A DNA stretch of 63,804 nt, filler included, from Octopus bimaculoides (lineage: Eukaryota), in assembly GCF_001194135.2 (NCBI RefSeq). It is 4 parts of 4 records of this genome, joined end to end, with 100 filler letters (N's around TTAATTAATTAA, not from the genome) between each part and the next. Parts side by side here need not be neighbours in the genome. Positions count along the whole stretch, not along the records: positions 1 to 20,097 come from NC_068984.1; positions 20,198 to 49,988 come from NC_068993.1; 2 more parts are not named here. One strand, given 5' to 3'. Shown here piece by piece: positions 14,061 to 26,212 of this stretch (its first letter is position 1; the number at the start of each line of letters is the position of its first letter). The position numbers were made by a program, and so were the translations under genes. The notes under the pieces were generated by a model that saw only the letters and a list, made by a program, of their open reading frames with translations, had not been told where the DNA came from and searched no databases.

Positions 14061-14728
14061 AATTATAATTAATGGCACCGGAGGGACAACGCCTATACGC
14101 TAGAAGTAGATGTCAAATGTCTACAAACCACTCTAAATTTGTTCTTTTTTGCAGAAGGCTAAATGCTAGGAAATGGACGAGAATATATAAGTGAAAAATA
14201 TATATACATACCGATAAATACTTGCGTACAGATACCAGTATATACACACATTTCCTACGTATACATTATATCTAATCGCCCATCTCAGCCATGTGGTTGT
14301 TGTCAGAATATTACCGGAGCAAATAAATGTCCATTTCCTCGCATTCAGCCTTGTGCAAAAAAGGGGAACAAACTTAGAGTGGTTTGAAGACATTTAACAT
14401 CTACTTCTAGCGTATTGGCGTTGTCCCTCCAGTGCCCATAATTATAATTATATATTTATAATTATATACTTAAATATTAGTTTTACCGATATGGTATTTT
14501 TTATACACTGGCCGCTGGTATAATCATTTTAATGATTAAAGCCTCAATTTATACGCATATATAATTTTAGATTCTCTAGTCATTATATTTGCTCCGGTAC
14601 TATTCTGACAACAAGCGAATGGCTGAGATGGACAATTAAATATAATGTATATGTGGGAAATGTATGTATATATTGGTATCTGTACGCAAGTATTTATCGG
14701 TATGATATATATTTTTCACTTATATATT
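14061..14728. repeat. Interleaved pair of long inverted repeats A-B-A'-C-B'
   Basis: A 14061-14178 pairs with A' 14329-14449; B 14182-14325 pairs with B' 14587-14728; each pair roughly 85-90% complementary by eye. Confidence 0.9.
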
Positions 14729-14754
14729 GTCAGTACACTTATATATATATCTAA

Positions 14755-15990
14755 AGGTGGAAAGAATGTCAGAAAACTATCGCGGCATCTGTCTGTTGGC
14801 TGTTGCTGGAAAGGTCCTCTATAGGGTAATGTTGGATAGATTGCTTCTGCACATTGCTGATGAGATTCTACCAGAATCATAACGTGGGTTTAGGGATAGT
14901 AGGAGTACTATGGATATGATACTTTCAGCTAGACAGTTGCAAGAGAAGTGCATCGAACAGGATATGGACTTATACCAGGTTTTCATTGATCTAACAAAAG
15001 CGTTTGATTCTATCAATTGAATTGCACTTTGTGGAGATCCTGAGAAAGTTAGGATGCCCTGAAAAATTTGTGAGAATGCTAAGACAATTTCATGACAAGT
15101 TGGAAGTGAGAGTTAATGTCTGAGGTACCTTATCAGATCCAATTTTTGGAGAAAATGGTATAAAGCAAGGTGATATTCCTGCTCCTACATTGTTTGCTAT
15201 GTATTTTGCACTTCAAACAGCTTTCGAAGATTGCACTGAAGGAGTCTATATAAGATATAGGACTACGGGAAAACTGTTCAATCTCAAAAACTCCGTGCCA
15301 AAACGAAAGTTCTGCATTCTCACATCGTTGAATTCCTGTATGCAGATGATTATGACTTGTTGGTACATTCCCAGAAAGATGTGTAGCACATGCTGAATGA
15401 GATTTCTGCAGCATGTGCAGCATTGGGTCTAACGATCAATCTAAAAAAACTGTTATAATGTACCAGCCCGCTCCCTCCAAGATGTATGTGGAACCTTTTA
15501 TAACTGTGAAAGGTCAAAGGTTGCAGACTGTACCTAGATTTATTTATTTAGGAAGTACCTTGAGCACTGCTGGTCTTGATGATGAAATTTCATACAGAAT
15601 CAGCAGGGCTCAGTAGTACTTTTGGTAGGCTTGATAGGCGTCTGTGGAGACAACATAATATATCTTCACAAATAAAGTTAAGGTATACAACGCGTACGTC
15701 CTGGGGATAAACTGGAAAATGGCCATTAGTAATGTGAAGGTGCTTGAAAGGAGTGGCATTAGAAGTATAGAGTCAATGCTTTTGCAAAGATGTTTGAGGT
15801 GGTGGGGACATTTGGTAAGGATGAGTGATGAGCGACTGCCCAAGCAGCTATTGTATGGTGAGCTGGAAGATGGCAAGAGACCAGCACATAAGCCTAAACT
15901 AAGGTTTAAGGATTGCCTTAAAAATGCTCTAATACAGACAGAAATTGCAGCTGGTGAGGGAGGTTGGTTGTTCAAGGTTTGAAAAGGAGA
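14755..15990 (+). mobile_element. 5'-truncated degenerate RTE-clade (BovB-like) LINE reverse transcriptase
   Basis: YRGICLLAVAGKVL...GFRDSRSTMDMILSARQLQEKCIEQ...FIDLTKAFDS...GIKQGDIPAPTLF...YADD...IYLGSTLS...LRWWGHLVRMSDERLPKQLLYGEL, with stops and frameshifts. Confidence 0.93.
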
Positions 15991-16202
15991 GAGTGAAGTA
16001 TGAGAGAATTAGTATGTATGTATGTATGTATGTATGTATGTATGTATGTATGTATGTATGCATGCATGTATGTAGGTATGTATATATGTATGTATGTATG
16101 TGTGTGTATGTATGTATGTATGTATGTATGTATGTATGTATGTATGTATGTGTGTGTGTATGTATTTGTGTGTGTATATACATGTATACGAGATACATAC
16201 AG

Positions 16203-17260
16203 ACGAGGGTCGGCCTTAAAAGTTTATAGGCTGACCAAAATATTCTCATGGAATGTGACCAAATGAGGTTTATTTTTCAACATAGTCCCCTCCTTGCAGT
16301 CCATACATTTCTTTCATTTGCGTTGCAATGCTTGGATCCCATTGGTGAAGAAGCTTTCATCCTGTTGGTCAAAAATGTCACCAACAGCAGATACATCATC
16401 ATCGTAACTACAATATTGGTTGCCAGCCAAGTGTTTTTTCATGATGGGGAACGGATGATAGTCAGATGGAGCCAAATCAGGAGAATATGGAGGGTGATCA
16501 ACCAATTCAGGGCCACAGTCACGCACAGCAGCTACTGAAGCGAAGGACTTGTGTGCTGGAGCATTTTCCAGATGAAATAGGACTCATGTCGTCAGTTTTC
16601 CTGAGCGTTTGGTCTGATAGCCTTTCATAACTTCCTAAGCAAGTTGGCATAGTTTTCTCCAATAATGGTGTGGCCTTTTTGAAAATGGTCAATAAACAAT
16701 GCCTTTTGCTTCTCAAAAACTGAGACCATCCCTGCAGATGAAACGACATTGGCTTTATTTGGAACAGATGAGGGGAGCTGTTACCACTGTATGAATTGTC
16801 TCTTTGTCTGTGGCTCAAAGTGATCAACCCAGCACTCATCTTGGCTTAGAAAATGTTCAGGAAACCACCTGGATCTGCTTGAAACAATGTCAGATATTCC
16901 CGTGATGTAATCAGCCCGGTGCGCTTTTGATCAGTTGTCAGAAGACCACCGAACAGAAATCTTCGTCTTGCTAAATCCATTGTGCAGAATATTCTCAACT
17001 TTCTCACGGGATATGCTAATAGCATTGATGTTTGGTTTATAGTCAATCACCTGTCAGCCATCACTATGTGATGAACGCGATTAATGCTTTCATCGGTGGA
17101 GACAGCTGCAGGACATCTAGACCTTGGGTCATCTCGAAGACTCTCTGTTTTACTCCTAAATTCATTTGCCCACTTTTGCACTGTTGATAAAGTTGGAGCA
17201 AGGATAAGATTACGTTGATAAAGTTGGAGCAAGTATAAGATTACGTTCTGTTGTGGAAAT
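16203..17260 (-). mobile_element. Degenerate mariner (DD34D, irritans-like) transposon
   Basis: HPPYSPDLAPSDY motif; VQKWANEF...LRDDPRSRCP; terminal repeat ACGAGGGTCGGCCTTAAAAGT. Confidence 0.9.
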
Positions 17261-17599
17261 CAGCCACCCTCTGGATACGATTGTAGTTCATGATAATGAC
17301 GAGATCATGATAAAGAGTTTTTAGATCTAGTACCCCAAGATACACTATTAGATTCATATCTATCATTATTGAAGCAACAGGATACATACCAACCCGTCTG
17401 GAGCAAAGTATGGCTGAACTTGGTATCTTGGAGAGAGAATGCAAATTCATTCTCTAGAAATGATCACGATATCAGGGACTATAAAAATCTTCACGACCTT
17501 CTTAAGATTCAAAAGATGATGGTTAAAAGAAGATACTTTGCTTCGCAATCTTGCTACCAAATAGATGGCTGGCCAAAATTTACTCTAAATTAAAAAGAG

Positions 17600-18140
17600 A
17601 AAGCGAGCATACATACATCTTTCTCTTAGTAATTAGATTCTCCAGTGTTATCAGCTGAACGGGCAACGAGGTTTCTCCAAACACCATGATTGCACGTTTT
17701 CCTCTTAGCTCCACACGGGCCGACTCCTATCACTAATATGTCGTCCTAGAACGTATTACACCACATCTTCCTTGGTTTTCCACTCGGACTTATTTCTTAT
17801 TTCCAGCGTCTAATCCACCACGATAGTAACATGTCATTCCTACGGTAATCGAAGTACATGGCCAGTGTAATGCATCCGTCGTTTAGTCGCTACGTCCAGC
17901 AAACTTCCCGTGCTCTGTCCCGATAGGAGATGCCCAAGGTTAAACGTAGGCAGCGGTGATGGAACACGTCCAGCAACAGAAATATTTTTACTCTCTTCTT
18001 CCAAGTTTTACAGGCGTCGATGCCTGTTGATATAATAGCTGAGTATAGCTGCAGCTTTATCTTATTGCTGATAGTCTTCGATCTCCTTAATATACGAAGG
18101 CGCTGGAATGTTGACGTTGCTTTACCTATACTGATCTTGA
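17600..18140 (-). mobile_element. Degenerate RTE-type LINE 3' ORF fragment
   Basis: EVKISIGKATSTFQRL...ISNKIKLQLYSAII...LDVFHHRCLRLTLGISYRD. Confidence 0.75.
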
Positions 18141-18298
18141 CTTCAACTTTTGTATCGAACTCGTTCTAAACACAGCTTTCCAGATATGTAAACTTATCAA
18201 CTTATTCGACTTCGTATTGTCGGAGATTGACAAGTTGTGATTGTCATACATGCATATGTGCATAAATGCACGCACACACACATACACACGCGCGCGCG

Positions 18299-18339
<41 letters not shown>

Positions 18340-18524
18340 AACTACATACACACATACACACATATATACCTGATACAAAATTTGCTAAAACTTGTCATTC
18401 TTGTGTTTTCTTATTTTATTTATTGCCTTACATATGTATGCGCGCGTGTATCTATATGTATACGTATACATTCAGATGTATCTATCTGTATCTCTCTCTC
18501 TTTCTCTCTCTCCCTCTCTATCTA

Positions 18525-18556
<32 letters not shown>

Positions 18557-18860
18557 ATGAACCATCCTTGACTTGCCTTGAACTTAACATCTTTTTCATC
18601 TGGATATTTTTTCTTCAGGTCCTCAAAGAAAGTCAATGCTTTCTCTTGAATGATTTCTTGACGAATAGTAGCACGCTGACGATTCAACCTAACAATCCAA
18701 AGAAAAAGATTTTCCATTTCTTCAAAGATTTTGCCTTTTTTCTTCTTGATGATATTGTTCTTCGTCCCTGGTGCTTCAGATTTGACATGTGCTAAAATCT
18801 TGTCCTTATTATGTACAATCGTCGATATAGTTGTCCGACTCATCTCAAAAGACTCATCCC
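18557..18860 (-). mobile_element. Tigger/pogo transposase N-terminal (CENP-B-type HTH) fragment
   Basis: MSRTTISTIVHNKDKI...FEEMENLFLWI...IIQEKAL...KFKASQGWF, ending in a (GA)n microsatellite. Confidence 0.88.
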
Positions 18861-19299
18861 AGCTGATTTCATGATTTCGTTCACTAAGCTATACTACTTT
18901 ATGGTGTGTATCTTAACATTTACTGTACGTATTTTAATATGATTTTATATGCTTTTATTCTTATTTATTGTACAGTAACATGATTTTATGTCCTTTTAAC
19001 GATTTTCTAGTGATTTTACGATTCCAATATTTGTGGCGGACAGACGTAAAATCGAGTAAAATGATTTTACTTGATTCTTATTTTTCTATATATTATTTTT
19101 GAAAACCGACGTATATTTGAGAACGACTTANNNNNNNNNNNNNNNNNNNNNNNNNNNNNNNNNNNNNNNNNNNNNNNNNNNNNNNNNNNNNNNNNNNNNN
19201 NNNNNNNNNNNNNNNTATATAGGGTGCAAAAATGAAAATTACACTGATATCTCACTTTAACAGATATATTTACCAAAATTACATACAAATATCATGAAA

Positions 19300-19484
19300 T
19301 ACTATTTACTTGCCATGAAACCACCTCAATTCTGGAAAGAGGTTATTTTCAAGTTAAAGAAGAGATGGAGACGCATTGTGTAACAAAATGGTTCATATTT
19401 GGTTGATTAAAAATGTAATGGCAAGTATTTATTGATTTTTTTTTCCTTTAAAAATCGGCACGAACTTTCTGGACAACTCAATAT
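19300..19484 (+). mobile_element. Mariner 3' end with terminal inverted repeat
   Basis: FWKEVIFKLKKRWRRIV...GSYLVD-like C-terminus followed by aaaaatcggcacgaactttctggacaactcaata. Confidence 0.7.
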
Positions 19485-19528
19485 ATTTGTTCAATGTTCA
19501 TAATTGTTTCTTTGCAATATTGAAAAAA

Positions 19529-20035
19529 TATGCCACCAAAGAAAAGACGTGTTTCTCTCCAGAAACACGTATAAAGCGAGGACGATTGCTGAAAACCGAA
19601 GGTGTGTGTCTCAACAGGGAAAGGAGATGAGACTTTCTCAGGGTCAGCAGATGCATGCTGCAGCACGTCAAATGGAGTCTCAAGAGAGAAAGGAGATGAG
19701 ATTTTCCCAAGATCAGCTAAGGCAGCCTGCAATACTTAATGCTGAGTCATTAGAACAACATTTAGCACGCTATATTAAACAGATGTCCAATACAATATAG
19801 CTCTCAGAAATAGACCACAGGCAAATTCGTTCTTCCCAACACCAAGAGCTGCTTTCAGATATGATCCATCACAGCCTTATAAAAACGATAATTCTGTACA
19901 AATTGGTGTGCTACACTCAAATTGTGGTTTCTGGAAAGCTTTCAAATTTCCAAATGAAACTAGTGGCATGTGCTGCTCAGGCGGTAAGGTAAGATTGCCA
20001 GCACTACCAGCTCCTCCTCAACCTCTTTCGACAGT
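19529..20035 (+). mobile_element. Helitron RepHel N-terminal fragment
   Basis: MPPKKRR..., repeated Q-E-R-EMR-SQDQ helix, then FKFPNETSGMCCSGGKVRLPALPAPPQPL (Helitron Cys-rich motif). Confidence 0.85.
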
Positions 20036-20097
20036 TCACTTCCCCGTCACTGTCTCCCATTACAGCCCATTTCCAGAATGTACCCATTTACGTACAA

Positions 20098-20197
20098 NNN
20101 NNNNNNNNNNNNNNNNNNNNNNNNNNNNNNNNNNNNNNNNNTTAATTAATTAANNNNNNNNNNNNNNNNNNNNNNNNNNNNNNNNNNNNNNNNNNNN
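20098..20197. other. Artificial scaffold spacer N44-TTAATTAATTAA-N44
   Basis: Exactly 100 nt and identical to the two other spacers; the palindromic core carries stop codons. Confidence 0.95.
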
Positions 20198-20619
20198 GAG
20201 TGAATTATTAGTGTGTTTGTTCTGAAGTGTTTGAGTAACATGTCCAAATATTCTGTTGTCTCACCTCCCCCATTCAGTCACCTAAACAAGCAGACACACA
20301 AAAACATGAATATATGTCATGCAGGGGTGGGGGTGGGGGTGGTGGAGAGAGAATGTTGTCTTTTTCTGAAATTGCTATTCACACAGCCTTTATGTATATA
20401 AATTACCACACATGTATATATATCCTGAATTCCTTCTCTTCTGACTGTTTCTCTGACCCCCTGCAATGGAGTCTATTCATTACTGCCTTTTTGTGCCTCC
20501 CTCCCCCCTCTTTTCTCTCTGTCTTCTTTTATTCCTCTTCTTATAAACTTTTAATTGTTTAACATTTCTTCTCCATTTTTATTCAAAGAAATAAACAACA
20601 CAAAGCAGTGTTGTTGTTG

Positions 20620-21020
20620 TTGTTTAGCCCTAGGTCAGTGGCTGATCAATTAGACCTGTGTTCAAAGACATTCCACCTATGACCATCTTGTGTTTTTCTA
20701 TATCCAGGATGACATTATCCATGCATCTTGTTTTTCCCCCCAAGATGATAGTGTGTGAAATGATTGAGATTTGGCTGTTATTTCTAGCAGATCAGCCAAC
20801 TATGTAGAGACATGTTTGCTAATGCTGTTGTTTAGTCTTGAGTCAGCCCTAATTGAGATCTGTGATCAAAGACATTCCAGCCATGACCATCTTATCTTTT
20901 TTATTTCTTTACATTGAATTACATTAACACATCTATTTCCCTGCACACCTTGTTATTCTGAGGGAGATTTGGCTGCTATTTCTTGCATGTTTCCTCAATC
21001 AGAATTGACCTAGGGCTAAG
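20620..21020 (+). repeat. Old interspersed repeat (two tandem copies) with the motif gagatttggctgctatttct; further copies near 24620-24800(-), 31540-31720(-), 41110-41270(-), 42160-42330(+), 44980-45150(+), 48510-48660(-), 51480-51660(-)
   Basis: Recurrent tttagccctaggtcag...aaagacattccagccatgaccatc...gagatttggctgctatttctagca; class not determined. Confidence 0.65.
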
Positions 21021-21299
21021 CAACAATGCATTTTGTATCTCTGTTGTTTATTTGACAAGATTGTTGTCGAGAGCTTTGTTGTAAAAGCTTTGCTAAGATA
21101 AAGTAGGACATTTTGTGAAGGCTGTCACTGAGCGAAGGGCTTCGTTGCTGTTCATTATTGAAGCTATTTTACTGTTCCAATTTGAGATTAATTAAACTAT
21201 TTGGTATTAACCCTGTTAGTCAGTCATTGAAGTGTTTAGGGGCCAATGAATCTGAACAAAAGAGTTGCTCTCGACATACTGAGGTGGAGTTTCTCACTA

Positions 21300-21675
21300 A
21301 ACGCAGACGTGGCTGAGTGGTAAGAAGCTTGCTTCCCAACCACATGGTTCCAGGTTCAGTCCTACTGCATGGCACCTTGGTCAAGTGCCTTCTACTATAG
21401 CCTCTAGCCAACCAAAGCCTTGTGAGTGGGTTTTGTCGATGGAAACTGAAAGAAGCCTGTTGTGTGTGTCTTTGTGTCTGTGTTTGTCCCCTCCCCCCAC
21501 TGCTTGACAACTGTTGTTGGTCTGTTTATGTCCCTGTGACTTAGCAGTTCAGCAAAAGAGACTGATAGAATTGGTATCAGGCTTTAAAAAAAAAATCACC
21601 AGGGTTGACTAAAAATTCAATGCATTGCCCCAGCTTGACCGCAATCTAATGACTGAAACAAGTAAAAGATAAAAA
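21300..21675 (+). mobile_element. SINE family B, strongly CpG-decayed copy
   Basis: Homology to 62945-63227 with CG changed to TG/CA. Confidence 0.85.
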
Positions 21676-22229
21676 ATAGAAGGAAGGGACTTTTACAGAC
21701 TTCCATCCAAATAGGGGGCACTGTAGCAATTAACAGGTCCCAGTTTGGCTCTTCAACAATTGTAATGGTGGTTGTTGTTGTTGTCCTCAACTACTGAGCC
21801 ACCTCGACCTTTGAAGTTGTAAGGTGCCAAAAGGTGGTCGTTCGGTTTTATTAGAGCTGTCCTTATCGTTGCCATTGCGTTGTTTGATGATAGCAGTTTC
21901 CAGTATCAGGCTGTAGCTAATGAGATATTACATCAAGTAATTAACTAGAATTTATAGTGTATAGCATAACTAATGAGAAATTGTGTCAAGTAATTTGCTT
22001 TAATTCACAGTCTATGTCACATTTAACGAGATAACATCAAGTAATTTATTGTCTAATTAGCATTTTCAAAGCAGGCTTTGCCAAGAGGTTGCGAGAGGTT
22101 CTGCAAAAAATAGAGATAAAGCGACTAATGATATGTAAATGAATTTTTGAGTAATTTTGGCATTTAATTCATTATTTTTAACTTTGTTAAATATGCTCAG
22201 ATATTTGAAATCCTAGCATCAAGAAGGTA

Positions 22230-22760
22230 GTAAAGAGATCCTACAGGAAAAAATTCTCTCTTCAGAGGAATTTGGTCTGATCAAGATTTTTGTTATGATG
22301 GAATTTCTTAAACATTCTTTATGGTGTCTGATGCCAAACCTTTCAAAGATAGGTTTATAAATTGTTTAATCTTTTATGAAATGAGCTTTTATAAAACGGA
22401 AGGGCTTAACACTTTGATATATAATGATGTAGGGGTTCTGTAAGATGTTTTTCAAGGGTTCTGTAAGCCTATAAAGATTAGGCCTTCATTATAGCTAATG
22501 AGACTAGGGTTAGGTAATTTGCTATAATTAACCTTTACAGCCTTTATCATAACTAATGAAATACAGTGTAAAATGTGTTCTTGTTGACTGGAAGACTTCT
22601 TACATCTTGTAGCTTTATGTCTGAGCTTGTTATCAAGATTTTTTTCATATCTTAGAATTTCTTGAAGAGTTTACTTCGAGAGGTGAACTATCTAAAGTAT
22701 TGGCCTCTTGACTTCTCTCTTAGATAGACAGCGATGACCTGAAATATGTGTATCTTCACT
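22230..22760 (-). mobile_element. Degenerate Penelope-like element RT-region fragment
   Basis: HHKECLRNSIITKILIRPNSSEE resembles the HKENF-NNP--RLINP-KSE segment of Penelope-like RTs. Confidence 0.45.
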
Positions 22761-23489
22761 ACTCACAATAATATTTTTCAAATTGTTCTATCAACTCTTT
22801 TTGAACCACCCAACACTTGGCACAAAGCTATTTCTCTCATTCCACTCATGTCTCACGAGTAACTTGGTGACCTTGCTGGTGCCATGAAAAAAGTACACAG
22901 TACACTCTGGAAAGTGGTTGGTGTCAGAAAGGGCAACCAGCTGTAGGAACTGCTACGACAGACAGCCTAGCTTGATACAGTCCTCTGGCTCACCAGCTTT
23001 TCTAAAACTGTTCAACCTCTGCCTGCATGCAAAACAGACATTAAAACGATGATGATGATGGTGATAATGGTCCATTGTCAATACCAGACCATCGTCATTT
23101 TCAGAATTCTCTTTTTCATATCTTAACAGATTTTTACAGCCTAATTTCCTTTGTTTTTGTTATTTTTCTTTACAAATAAAACTTAAATCCTGACTTGATT
23201 TATTTTATTAATTCCTCCGTTAGTATTCCTCTGTTCCAATCTTTGTTTCTTGACTAATTACTGAAAGAAAAAATAAAAGTACAACATGAAAACATTAATA
23301 AAAATATAAAAGACAAAATGTGGCCCCATTCTTCTACTTTTAACCCAAAATAAATGAATCTTAAGATAACAATGTTTAATCACACTGAAGCTTCTGTTAA
23401 TCATACTTGATAATGTATATGGAGTGGAAAGCTGCCTCCTGGACCCTGGCCTGGACAAGGGTTGTTGTAGTGGCGGTGGTGGGGCTGAC

Positions 23490-23870
23490 AGAATTGTTAC
23501 TGGGCAAAATGGTTAGCAGCATTTCATCCATCTCTACATTCTGGGTTCAAATGATTCCAGGGTCAGTTTTGCCTTTTGTCCTTTTGGTGTCGATAAAATA
23601 AGTTTCAGTTGAACACTGGAGTTAATATAACTGACTTATCTCCTCTCCCGAAATTGCTGGCCTTGTGCCTAGTCTAGAAAAAAATTCTTATTCGGTGATG
23701 AGGTATGGCAGCATTGTCAGAAATTCTAGGCAGAAGGCTTAACAGCATTTCGTCTGTCTTTATGTTCTGAGTTCAAATTACACTAAAGTTGACTTTGCTT
23801 TTCATCCTTTCAGGGTCAATAAAATAAGTACCAGTTATGCACTGGGGTCAATCCCCCTCCCCCTTCAGTA
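23490..23870 (+). mobile_element. Two tandem SINE family C copies (similar pairs at 32010-32400 and 59085-59380; single copy at 41720-41900 on -)
   Basis: Shared core gttctgagttcaaat...gactttgcctttcatcctttc-gggtc-ataaaataagtacc. Confidence 0.75.
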
Positions 23871-25049
23871 GAAAGGATTATTATTATTATGATGATATTC
23901 ATTTCATTCATGGTGATGTAACATTTCAACAGTCGTGAATAGCTTCAGTTGGCTCTCAGCCAAATGTACAGAACACAGGTATTATTTAGAACAGTTCAAA
24001 GAGTCTCTCTGTGTGTGTGTGTGGTGTATGTGTGTGTGTGTATGTGTGTGTGTCGGGTAAGGTTTTTATATCCCAACTTTGAGTAGTGTTTGTGTAATTG
24101 TGGTTAATACAACCTACTTACCTGAAGCTGCAGACAACCACTTCCCCTCATGACTCTCGTTTGTTTGCAGCATGTTCACTTGTAAATATTATATTACAAT
24201 ATCTTATTTTATTAATGCTTAATTGCATGGTGTGTTCAGCACCACCGGGGGGCACTGTTTATCTACTCTGATGCCTCCTTGGTCCAGCTTTGATTTTATC
24301 CTCTGTCAATATCCACTTCTATTCATCCTTGGTCAGGACCAGTGATACACTAGAATTAGTTGCTGCAGAAAAACACTGATAACCTAATTAAAGGCCAGTG
24401 AGATTTTAGAATCTGTAGGGCCCAAATAGAATCTGTAGGGCCTCACAGTATTGAGTCCCCATTCTTTCTGTTCTCAGTTCAGATTCTGTTAGCAATGAAG
24501 TTTGCTTTTTATCCCTTTGGGATAAAAAAAAAAGACAAAGTAGCAGTGATTTAGCAAATACATTGTCCCCTGTGACCCTGCTTCTATAGAAATTGAAAGT
24601 AGAGCAATGTTGAAACCACTGCCTAATCAGTCTGCCTGTTAGAAATAACAGCAAAATCTCCCTCAAATAATATCCTCTCATCTTAAAAAAGGAGACAGTT
24701 TAGATATCATGGTCTCATAGAGTGATTGAAAACAAGTCAGGATGGTCACAGCTGGAAAGTCTTTTGAGTTTATTCAATTGAGAGCATCCTGGGGTTCAAT
24801 ACTATAAAATAGTTTGGTTTTATTGATTTTTTTTTTTCAGTTTGTCTTCCCTCACATTCCCCACTCCCCTCCCCGCCTTATTCAAGTCCATCTGTTACAG
24901 TATTGATTATCAAGAAAACCATTAGAAACAAAATTGGTGTCCTTTCAAAGTTGTTAAAGCTGGAAATTGTACGACCCAGCTGTAGCCAATCTACATTAGA
25001 TGGACTCCAGGGTGGTGGTGGTGGGACATGAACACCACCCACTAACCTC

Positions 25050-25200
25050 AATGCCCTTCAATATTGAATAACAACAGTGAATCAATTCAGTGGATCGTGA
25101 TACTCTGATACGCATCTGGGAGGAATTCTCTTATCACATTGATGTTGCCCGTGCCGTAGGTGGTGGCCACATTGGACACTTGTCAGACAGGAAATAAAAG
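25050..25200 (+). mobile_element. Tc1/mariner-superfamily transposase C-terminal fragment
   Basis: INSVDRDTLIRIWEEFSYHIDVARAVGGGHIGHL. Confidence 0.7.
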
Positions 25201-25282
25201 CTGATTGGGAGTAAATACTTGTCATTCAGCTGGAGTTTTCTATGGCTTCTCCTTATTAAAATATTGCCCAATGAAATCGGTT

Positions 25283-25383
<101 letters not shown>

Positions 25384-26125
25384 TCATCATCATCGTTTAA
25401 CGTGTGTTTTCCATGCCAGCATGGGTTGGACGGTCTCAGGTAAGCCTTACAAAGGAAGGTGTTACATGGCCAGAGGTTCTAGCTGTTACCAACAATCAGC
25501 TATTTCCAAAAAAGCTAATATTTCTTAGACTTTCAAACAATGAACAGCTCAATGTCCAGATTTGTTTCCACAGCAAACTGTGAACAATGATGCCATTTCT
25601 ACAGATGCTGTCCTTGGTTTTTATACAAAAGTCACAACAATGTCAAGACGAGGGGAAGACTGCACCCCCACCCCCACCAATATATACATATATCAATACT
25701 TCTCCACCACTACCCACCCTACAGCCCAATTAACATTCAACTGAACCCCACAAACCTTAGAAGCATTTTAAGACAACCATTATAAGAGAAGGGCATGATG
25801 GGACAGGAAACACTGTCTTCGGAGACAATAGTGTGTTACCTAATCTTTAAGACATTATTTTGAATTGCTCTGCCCACCACTCAAACATGGAACTGACAGG
25901 CTTTTCAATCAATAAACCAATGTTTATGTTGTATCAAAAGATTAGTTTATCAAACTGTAAAATAGGAACCATGGATGGTACATTCTATGACTGTTGATAT
26001 CAAACATAGACCAACAGAATGGTAGTGGTGGTGGTGGTGGAGAGAGTTTAACATTGATATTTTCAATATCCCAAGACTAAAATTTTATTTCGTATTTTAT
26101 AATTATTCATTTGTTTCTTCTTTAG

Positions 26126-26212
26126 ATGGTGGCATGTCTTTTAGTCTTATTTATTGGCAAAGAATTAAATATTGTTAAATTTCCAGAGTTTACATCTGAT
26201 ATTTTTCGAAAG
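26126..26212 (+). CDS. SLC35D1/D2: SLC35D-like exon (87 nt) [29 protein letters not shown]
   Basis: ttctttag|ATG ... AAG|gtaagt; phase 0/0; corresponds to vertebrate exon 3. Confidence 0.92.

Noticed and set aside
20142-20153. TTAATTAATTAA palindrome (also 50033-50044 and 59942-59953) as a biological motif
   Set aside because: Centred in identical 100-nt N spacers, so it is an assembly linker.
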